NCBI GenBank assembly: GCA_040954595.2
Contig: CM082594.2
Location: forward strand, 11,288,276 to 11,352,275
Length of the DNA stretch: 64,000 bases
Direction of reading: 5' to 3'
Source: Balanoglossus misakiensis
Lineage: Eukaryota; Animalia; Hemichordata
Shown here: in pieces, positions 54,281 to 64,000 of the stretch
Layout: the number at the start of each line of letters is the position of its first letter
How positions within the stretch are numbered: the stretch's first letter is position 1
Translations under genes and position numbers: made by a program
The notes under the pieces: model-generated
Databases searched by the model: none
What the model was told of the DNA's origin: nothing
The model's input: only the letters and a program-made list of their open reading frames with translations

Positions 54281-57200
54281 GTGTCACTAAATTAGACAGA
54301 CAGACAGCGGTCTCAAAGAACTGAACATCTGTGTTTTGTCACAGTATGCTGACAAAATACTTTCCTTTCATAATCTTTAGGGTAGCTTGTTGACGATCGC
54401 TGATGAGATGGGAAGGGCGTTCAAACTGGCATATATCACGGACAAAATCGTGGTCCGTGTGTGGTGACTAGTGCAATGTGTAATTAATACCTGACAACGT
54501 ACATACTGTTGCTAAGGAAGAGAGATTAACAAAGCTCGGTAGTCATATATGTACAAGCATCGGTGCTTACCTGTGAAAATAGAAACCTGGTTACTCCAGT
54601 ATGCTCACAAAGCGAGTCAAACGTCCAACTAATTATAGGGCGTAATTTGAGAGATTTTCAGAGGCAAACAGAACGAAACGACAGGTGTGTAATATGATAA
54701 GGAGGTAGAATTTGAAACACGACCGCTCTTACGTGTATTCGACATTATCAATTCGATTTTCAGTTTTAATTTCGTAGTGACTGGGAAATGCGGCCGTGCT
54801 TGATTGATGATATTGTTCATCACCACCCTTTGCAAAGCGTGTCTTTAGAAAAGAAGTTGCCTTAATTTACCTGGTTCATGTTACCAGCATTTTCAATTAA
54901 CATTCAATATTTCGATTTTCCCCGCTGGACATGTCTCGGTTAAATGCAGTCAAATAGACACATTACAGAAAGTGAGAATTCCGATGAAAATGACAACTTA
55001 AGATAAAGCGTCTTTAAAGACAATTTCTTGTTCCCTTCCCGATTGCGATTGTCTGAACAATCAAAATGGAGAATACAAGTCGAGTGTGGACACTAACTCT
55101 TAATGTAACGCAAAAGTTTCATTAAATATAAACATCTAGCCGTGACGCTTCTGGTGGTTTATGTTACACCTGATTGATCTAAATTTATTGACAATCGACC
55201 ATAACTTTTATTCAATACATGACAACATGTCTATAACGAATCGTACGTACAACTTACTTCCTACATACTGATTTACTGTTTTGTCTGAGTCTCATTCATT
55301 CTAATGGTAACTACCTCTGCCTGCCTGTGTCTGTCTGTCTGTATGTTTGTCTCTCTCCCTCTCCCCCCTCCCCCCTCTCTCTCAATGTTTCAATCTCAAG
55401 CGCCTGGAAGGTGAATGTTTGTCTTGCCATGCAGGGGCACACTCAAACAAATGGTCGAAATGGCGTTCTGCAAATACCTTGCGCGAAAGCCAAGGATAAC
55501 CCTCTGGCGCATTTCAATTTTGCGGCATATTACCGTCGTTTTTGACTTTCTAGAAAGCATGAAGTCACCGGAAGAGAAATCATATTGTACTTTTGGCGTA
55601 GAAACCCTTCAAAATGAGACGCGAACGATCCGCCTTCTCAGGCCAGTATGACGAAATTCAAAAGTCACTGATTGGCTCATATTTCAGATCCAATCAACTC
55701 CTCTGGGGAAACAGTCACCTCTTTGAGTCAGCGAAAATGTCAGACGTCACATTCATTTATCTCCATCGAATTTCGTTATGTAAATACCCGATCTCTTGTG
55801 CCGCATGCGATGACTAACGTTGTGCGGTCCGTATATCCAATGTGATGTTTCTCAAAATGAACACTGCACTGCGCAGACGTAGTGGCTGCTACAACGCTTG
55901 AATAGTGAAAGACAGTGACGGAGTTGACGTGTGGTGCTTAAAAGTATAAGTAATATTTCCTTTATTTAGGTGCCTGTAGAATTCTTAAAATCATTACGTT
56001 TTAGCAAATGTATTTGCTGAAATGTGGTAGTGTATTTAGCAGAGTACGCACGCATGTACATGTACATGTACGTACGTATATGTGTGTATGTATGCAAACT
56101 ATGTAAATTCCTTTTAAAGTTAAAGGTATATTTCTGTCATCGGTAGTCGCCAGGATACGACACGTATTATTTATTCATGACTTCTCCTCTTCGTCCAATA
56201 ATCTACAAGAAAACTGTCGTGTTTATTTTTTAAACATGAGCAAAATCGTCTGTTTAAATTGAGTGAACTTGAGTACCTGCCGCTGTGGGCGTTTTCTGAA
56301 CTATACGAAATGCGAAAGAGTGGTTTGAAGTTCCCATCTGACATGAATAAAACAATTCACTAAAAAGCCATCCCACGTACCGATTCACCCGAATTCATAT
56401 TCATTCGGTGAGCAATATCGGCGATACACTAAAGTAATTATATTTCCTCTCATTTTTCGAAGACATTTCCGTCGTCGTTTGACCAATTTCCCTTCGGAGG
56501 AAAACGTCCATGATGGACTATTTTGGTACCCAGGTCACGTAGGCTTTTCTCTCTTAAGTACTGCCTTGTGATACCGATAGGTGGGGGTGTCTATTTTCCA
56601 GTATTTCTGATGGTACGCCGTTGTTTACTTTGTGTCAATACACTAGATTTCTATTTGTACGGGAATTCAGAGTATTTACGATGTCTATGGTGTGCGACGG
56701 TGAGAGAGAATGCGATACTCACCAAACGTCTTTCTCCGGTGCAAATGTATGAACGTTACGCTAGAGAAAATGACGCCTGTAGTCGCGACTGACCTGCTTT
56801 CACTTGAAAAGGTATCTGTTCGATTTGGCAGAAACATAATATTCTATACGTAAGACAAGATGGCGAGTGTATGTTTGTGCCGGACAAATAATTGGAGATA
56901 GAAACAAGCAGATCATTTTTCCATGACATCTAGTTTTAATTTTTAAAAGGGTCCCCGTCACGATTGCATAGCAACGACAAGAAAGCATGTAAGACAACGC
57001 AGGGCAGACGACAGGAATTTACGTACACACATCGAGAAGATGCATTGGTGAAGGAGACTTGAGAGAGTTTCCACCACGACTCACGCAAAATATATAATTC
57101 GCATGGATGCTTTTCCATAGGCTCGTTATAAAGTACATATTTTAGATTATCTATTACCTGGCGGGCAATAAAATTGATGACGATCGCGTTATCTTGTCGG

Positions 57201-57755
57201 AGATATAGACCCTTAGAATTAGCCGAAAATACAATGATTGTGCACTTAGGCGTAATGCAATGAACTCTATGAAGCAGTCAGTCGATTCACTTTTATCTTT
57301 AACGGAATAAGTTCCACTTTGTACCATCAGCAGACGTCACGACATTCGTGGTAGTCAGCTTTAAGTTTATTTACTTGTTTCGTTTTGATTTTCAGCTGGT
57401 TATTACACATCTCAATGTACCCAAGGCAACTCAGTATTACCATGGCAATACGTACCGGGAGATTGATGAAGTCGTCGCGTGAGGGCGAATGAAATGCAGT
57501 GTCGGCCACAAATCCAAGCTCTAGTATGTTAAATTGTCTGGATAATTTTGGTGTAACATTTTTTATAGGTTCATATTTAGCGTGTCTCGCCTAACCGAGA
57601 CTATCTCGCAATACACATCACATCAGGCGTTGGTGGCGCAAAATGCGAATGTCACGAAGGCGCAAGGTTTCATGGGAAATCATGGAGCGGAAGTGCAGAA
57701 ATTGACCAGACGACGCCAGGCGCCATGCTTTAACACGGAAGAGGCCGATTTTTGC

Positions 57756-57838
57756 GTGCAAATCGTCAAGATACGAAGGGGCATATGGTTTATAAATATC
57801 ACGACACCAAGTACTCGTTGATACTCTAACTGGTGAGT
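57756..57838 (+). promoter_or_regulatory. Candidate promoter and very short non-coding first exon of the gene at 61887
   Basis: TATAAATA at 57791-57798, GTGCAAAT at 57756-57763, strong donor CTG|gtgagt at 57833. The acceptor at 61851 needs an upstream donor; this pairing is inferred. Confidence 0.4.
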
Positions 57839-60233
57839 ACCCCCATCTTTGTTTTTAGACTGAAATATTGTATATCGAGCGATCGGGCCCGCAATGTTTA
57901 CACTGGCCCGATCCCCTTGCGGGAAGGCTGAAAATCCGTTTGTTTCGTGTTTACGGAAATATTTCGGTGAAATATACTTTAAGACATCTTTTCTGAAGTG
58001 TCTTTGTTCCTCTGGTACAGATAGATTTACATATAATCAGAAAATAGTACGACGTCGGTCCACGTACTACGGTTGCTAAGAACATGACCTGTGCTGGGTA
58101 GAGAGCGCCAGCATGTGACAGTTTCTGAAAAACGCTTGTTTTACCCGTCACACTTGTCTGGTTCCCTGCGCCACTCAACATTTTGTAAAACATTTAGCAT
58201 ATTAAATGTCTCCCGAGGTGCAACTCTCAAGAGATATACCCAGTGTTCAACTCGGTTAAATCGTAAACATTACTCATTCTACCAACAAAGATCATATCTA
58301 TGTATATATCTAAAATCTGTGTATCTAAATGCTGATCAAAACTGCCAACTGATCATGATGACCAGGCAGCTTTTGCAAGAATTGTACTTTAGTAATGTCT
58401 ACACGTGCTAGAATAAGGTCTACTATTTTATTCAACCATTCTTTGATAGCTAAATGACATTATAAGAGAGACATCAAAGAAACTAATTTTAAAGAAAATT
58501 GTTAACACACAGGCTTTTCATCCGTCACACGCCCTTTAATACTCATCCCTTGTCCAAATTTACGCTGTACACATGATTTTTCTGTACAAAAAACTTGTAA
58601 AAATTATTCAAAAAACCTGCACGACATGGCAGACTTTCTAGCTAGCCTACTGTGTTCTCTATGCGCCACTTAAATGTCAACTTTATTTAAGTGATTATAT
58701 GTTCAGAATGTCGACACTTTGGTATATACCTTTCATTGCAGGGACGAAATGCCGCCCGTTAAAAAGACATTGACATTTGTGATCAAAAGGACCACGTGGT
58801 TCACGATTCAAAAATCTTAGCATGTCGCAGCGAAATATCGTAGCTGGATTTCAGCGGTGTGACGAGCAAATGGTATACCGCGAATCTTTTATGTCTGGCT
58901 GGAAACACGTTGATATTACCCAAATTGTAATCGCGTAGCTTTGTTTAGGTAATCGTCGACCGAATTTGTGAGCATGTGGCGAAAATTACATGCGCGCACG
59001 TCCGTTCAACATAAACGACCACTTTAAATTTGAAGACTTACTTCCAACACCGTCGCGTCGTGGGCAGAGGAAAATTGTGACCTGCAATGTAAAATGACTT
59101 GACTAAAGCTGAATGTGTGAAATCAAAGATGCATAAATGCAAAGCCACGTCATGACTATTTTGATTGGGTCCAGCAGGCTGTCTGTCTGTCTGTTTATAT
59201 GTTAGCATGTCGTACGTACGTATCTATTACGGGTTTCCAACTTTTATGGCATGGGTGGGCTGGGGGAATTGTGGGTAGGAGGCGCACGTAGAAGGTGGCC
59301 TTCCCCAAAGCATGTTGCTGAAATGCGACCCATCATAGTCAATGATTATATGTGACCTCTCCCCCAAGAGTCTGTGTTATTCTGTTAGAGATACTCCACC
59401 TGGTCATAACATGGAAGATATACCCTAATCTGCAAAATTGTAGAAGAAAATCTTTTAATAAGCTCGGGATGGATTATATTGTTTCATTATCAGGTCATTT
59501 TCGGAGAACACAAAACCATCACGGCCACACATCTGTGTGACTGAGGCTATACAACAAACCTTGTTTGATCGCCACATAGTTTGAATAAGTTTGAACGCTT
59601 TTTTAAAACCCCAGCACCAAACTTTTTTCTTCACACTACAAAATCGACCCAGTTGCACAGCCTTGTATTTTTGAATAGCACATGATACAGCGTGGTTGTA
59701 AACGTTTCCTTTTGCAGGTTCAAAGCGAGATGGTAATTTCCCATCGGGTGTCAAACCTCAAATGTCGCATCGATTACTTGCTCCGCGGGAATGAAACCTA
59801 CACTGTGATATGTGATTCGCTGCCAATATAAGAATGGGCGTACAGGGCCCTCAAAACTGTTCCACCCGTTCCAAAGCGTCAAGACTCATCTTTCGGAAGG
59901 TAAGTGAAATAATCATGTCCACTGAAATACGTATAACAAGCATTTTTGCCCATTGCCAAAGAAATGTTCTTATCTTGTCTGTTTCAGCAGAATGATTAAT
60001 GATGTTATATATGGCTCTGTAACAGATATCTCGTATCATGTGTTATATTGTATCTTATAGCCTATTACGGTATATCTGCCTATGTACTCTCTTAATGCAA
60101 TTCTTGGGCAATAAACCACACCACCACCTGTTGTATTTATATTATCATTTCTGTCATTTTCACTCTTTTCGAGAGGTGAAATAAATAAATGAAATATTCA
60201 GCTGCCATTTTGACATGTACAGTTGTGGGCGAG

Positions 60234-61156
60234 CAGAGTTTCCGGTAGTTTTTTTCCCCAAGCGTATGCCATACGCAAGAGGTCAATAAAAATGCGTACG
60301 AAGGTGATTTAAATGCGTACAATGTATTCATATCACATCCATTAGCAGACTGTTGCAAAGCAACGCAAAACACTTCAAATGGCACACATTGTAACCAAAA
60401 AGAATTCGAAACAGACCAAACAGCTTTTGACGTGATTTTACGTTTACAGACAAATGACGTCGCTTCTCTATGATCAGTGCCTTGCATATGCCGTTTGATG
60501 GCCGATTTTTTAAGATCACGAGAACCTCGCGAGAAAGCATTCTTTTTGCCATATTTTTCACAAATCTTACAGAAAAGCACGAGTGTCTTTTTTTCTGCCG
60601 CTTTCGTCGACGTCGTGCCGTAACCATGGATACTCGGCGAGCCACTGATCTTTGAATTCTGTGTGGCCAGTCTTTGCATTCTCTCGCATTTTTTTCACTG
60701 GTGGGGCATCCCCCGCTGACTCTTGGTGTTCCGAATAATCGATTTCAGTGGCTTTCTTTCCATTATCAGTATAGGATTTCGACGTAAATTTAAATGAAAA
60801 TAAAGTTGACTGTTTTGCCGCCATGTTGATCGATATTACACGTACGCAGGCTCACGTACGTGACGCATGGCATGATGATTAGAACGCGCGCTAAACGAAA
60901 ATTGTTACATTTTATCATGGTCAAGCGTCTGCGCAAATGGTTTGGAATGTTGCAATTTTATTCAAAACATGTAAGCGTGCACAAGGTGCTGTCTAGTTTG
61001 TCGGTCGTGTGATGAGTCTTTTGTTAGCTCGAACTTTCAATGGCGAAAACAGAGTCAATTTCATTGCGTACGCCAGACGCACTTGTCGGTTCAATATGCG
61101 TATAGAAATTTTCCATTGCGTGTATTACGCACATTTTTGCGTAACCGGAAACTCTG
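60234..61156 (-). mobile_element. Internally deleted hAT DNA transposon (923 bp)
   Basis: Perfect 13-bp TIRs CAGAGTTTCCGGT at 60234-60246 and 61144-61156. GGCGAG direct repeat on both flanks. Subterminal TGCGTA repeats. Contains a transposase N-terminal remnant. Confidence 0.9.
60410..60824 (-). pseudogene. Frameshifted N-terminus of a hAT transposase (TTF-type zinc finger, ZNF862/ZMYM1-like)
   Basis: MAAKQSTLFSF...FKDQWLAEYPWL, then a frameshift in the A-run near 60590, then LFCKICEKYGKKNAFSRGSRDLKKSAIKRHMQGTDHREA. This fits the W..YPWL / CxxC / H-x5-H pattern. The catalytic domain is absent. Confidence 0.85.
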
Positions 61157-61886
61157 GGCGAGTACTGATTTTTTGAAACTAAATCTACATCAGTTCTGCA
61201 AACCTTATCAGTGAAGAGATGTTTCTTGTCTCATGGGCTTCAGTCATATAATCTGGGATCACGGCACCTTTGACCCAGCTACTAATATTTCTAAACTTAA
61301 ATAAGACCCACATGGTCTGTAATTCACGAACGCTTTCTAAATGTAAATTCCATATCTTTTATTTTCGGTATATATTTTAACGGCTGGTTATTGTGTCATT
61401 TCTCAAGAAGGCATTGAACTCCTTCACTCTAATTTCAGTATGTCTGAAAAAAAAGAAATTGTGAACATGACCCTTGTTTGAAAATGTCTAGAAGCGCCGT
61501 CGGTCATGTCTGTGTCACACTTGGTGTTGTTCTGAAATGAGACACTTGCGTGTATAGTTTCTGCAGCTCTATCTGATACCAGATTGATTTCAAGAAAATC
61601 AGGCTCAGGAAGGATTGCAGAATCGGTTTTCTCTTCCGCGTTAGGCGAACAAAGGAACAAATCAAAGAGTTTCGAATATGAAACACTGACTTGTTCATAT
61701 TGTGACAAAATGAAATCTTACTCTCAGAAAATGTTCGTCAGCACTTTGAATTTTTGTAATGACGACTGTTGTGGTGACCCTGATCAGATTTGTGAAAATA
61801 TAACATATTTATTGAGTCGTTTTATTCCTGTTCTTTCTTTCCCTGAACTAGAGTCATCATTAACGTGCAAGACACCCATTAACAAG

Positions 61887-62285
61887 ATGATCCGAAACAT
61901 ACTGGCCCTTGCATGCGTCGCTTTCCTGATTTCAATACAAGCCGTGACTGAAGCCATAAACTGTTCCGATGGCAGGCCGATGTTGATCGACAGTGTCCGA
62001 GAACGTCTTCCTGACCTCAAGCCACACGTCAGAGAGAGGGTTGGCCGCTGGATACCGTATCCACCGGCCGAAGAATGGACAGATGCCGAAGTGGAGGGCG
62101 TGGTGAGGTACGCTGTTAGTCACATGATGGACAACCCAAAAGTGGTGGAGATACTGAACCAGTGTTATGCAGATTTCACCGTCAGATCCCAAGCCTACAT
62201 CAACTCTTGCAATGCTGCTGCAGCAGGGTCCGGAAAGAGGAAGAAAAATTGGTTGGATATGGTGGATAGCTCACAAATTGTATAA
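61887..62285 (+). CDS. Secreted orphan protein precursor (132 aa), single coding exon
   Basis: Acceptor ttctttctttccctgaactag| at 61851, ATG at 61887. MIRNILALACVAFLISIQAVTEA signal peptide, then 92 aa (INCSDG...CNAAAAGS, 3 Cys), then GKRKK and NWLDMVDSSQIV*. GC content is elevated and coding-like. A donor at 62287, acceptor at 62513 and AATAAA at 62692 define a 3' UTR exon. Confidence 0.82.
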   Translation: MIRNILALACVAFLISIQAVTEAINCSDGRPMLIDSVRERLPDLKPHVRERVGRWIPYPPAEEWTDAEVEGVVRYAVSHMMDNPKVVEILNQCYADFTVRSQAYINSCNAAAAGSGKRKKNWLDMVDSSQIV

Positions 62286-64000
62286 GGTATGGAGGTATGC
62301 TGTTTCAACTGATTTTTGTTGTTGTGGTGGTGGTTTAAGTCAGATAGAAAATCGCCATCCATGTGTGACAATCTCGCACTTGGGCGGTGGGATAGTGTAT
62401 GCAACTTGGCATAGCCTATAGCCATCAAAGGGATGAAGGCCTATCTTGCCATTTTCCTTATTTTCATGTCTCAGTGTTAAAGTACTCTATAAAATGTTTT
62501 CTTGTATTTTCAGGTCCAAAACGAGTTGGCCCACGTGACGTACCCGACGCCTGAGAATGAAACAATTTGCCGAAATGTAAATGACCCCGACCCCGGGTGA
62601 AAGGTCAGCAGTCATGCTCAGAATGGCATACATGAAAACTTAATTATTTATGAGGAATTCTTTACGTTATGTTTCTCCTGAGGAAGCTTATAATAAAAAG
62701 TGATGGCGTCATTTTTACCAGAAATAATCCGTTTAGTGTCTGTCTCACACTCAAGCATATATGCAAGATATTTTTCATTTTGTATTTTAAACAAGGTGAT
62801 AATCCTCTTTTCAATCTCAATCCAGAGTATTGCTTCAGAAAAGTCGAGGTGTCGAAACCTTTCCACCTGTCAAGTCAGTGAATATGCCTGCTGGTATGCT
62901 GTATGTTGGAACTCGAGTCTGTCTTCCCCTAGGCAACATCCCACAACGTCTGGTCAGTCTCACTATTTTCTTGTATACTCAGAACGTGTGTGTAGTTAAT
63001 TACAAAAGTATGTCTTTCGCGAATGAATTTATGTCTGGCGTTGACGACGTGTAGCATGAGTTCAGGACGATCAGACTAATCACATTCCCAGTTTTACTTT
63101 GATATCAACACCTGTTAGTTGTCTGGTTCTCCCTGAACAGTGGGACCAATGCCAACGGTGCGTTTGTATACAAAAAGTCGCACATGCGTAGTTCAAACGA
63201 CCACCTCCCTTTAATCATCAACAAATCTCAATTTTCACAAGTTCTATGGTTTTCGCTCACGTCTACGTTCCACAGGCTTGTTCTACATTTTAGTCCCTGA
63301 ACACGAAGTTTCTACTCTGAGTTAAAGTGATGTCTCACTGACTGCCCTTCGTTTTTACACACATCATAGGGCCTACTAGAATCTCGGCCTTGACTGTGTT
63401 AAAAACGATTTAACATATGTACCTCGTTCTTGTAAATAGCCAGCGTCAGGTTTATAGAGCTCTTTCTTTCACAGCATGGATGTTATCCCACGCTTGAAAT
63501 AGGGCATTTAGCGAATGTCAAGGCAACGCTTTAAAGCGATAAAGATTCACATGCATTGTTGTCAGTGCCAGTGATTGTGACTAACTGCCGTGGAAATAGA
63601 CACAACTATTATGCGTAACAATGAGAGGGTTGGTGATAGTTAAATTGTACGCTTATTCGTTCGTTTCCAACACATTGGCAGTGATTGTCCACTTATACGC
63701 CCGGTAATATAGCATATGTGATTATTTGACCAACGCAGGAGGGCGGGGACCTCCTGTTGCCAAGCCCTATGTGCATGTGCTATACTTATTGCCACCCGAG
63801 TAAATTTAAACTCTATGTCTACTTCTGACTGTATGCCCTTCTGTCATGAACTTCTGTTTCTCCTGGTATGCCGCCCTCAGTGGTGGCTTATTGCTAATGA
63901 TCAGGCCACTCATTAGTGTTACTACCCATAGACCAAGTTGTCATTGATAATCCGAAGTAATAATACACGTAATAGCAAGTATGAAGCTGTCGAGCCTCTT

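Noticed and set aside
61584-61886. N-terminal 101 aa of the 233-aa ORF
   Set aside because: TTG start, mostly upstream of the acceptor at 61851. The signal peptide begins at ATG 61887.

Overview
AT-rich genomic DNA from an intron-containing animal, probably an invertebrate; the taxon cannot be fixed from sequence alone. Most entries in the ORF track are spurious. Splicing exons together by hand gives five small secreted-precursor genes. Three are tandem + strand paralogues (1.5-4.3, 10.7-11.9 and 24.2-26.3 kb) with one shared layout: signal peptide, a short and highly divergent peptide, a KR or GKR cleavage site, then a compact pair of EF-hands, with matching phase-1 introns. Their predicted peptides are ACRSRWKVFSMAAC, WKVGCSSKLPPSLCEL and LRMNPKLQFHPMQ-amide. 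A fourth gene (- strand, 36.2-36.9 kb) encodes a neuropeptide-type precursor predicted to yield GCPKAGCMPELYGSRW-amide. A fifth (+ strand, 61.9-62.3 kb) encodes a 132-aa secreted orphan with a GKRKK site. The window also holds an internally deleted hAT element with a TTF-type zinc-finger remnant, several MITEs, probable decayed death-fold pseudogene fragments and simple repeats. No rRNA, tRNA or CRISPR array was seen. All gene models are manual predictions with no transcript evidence.
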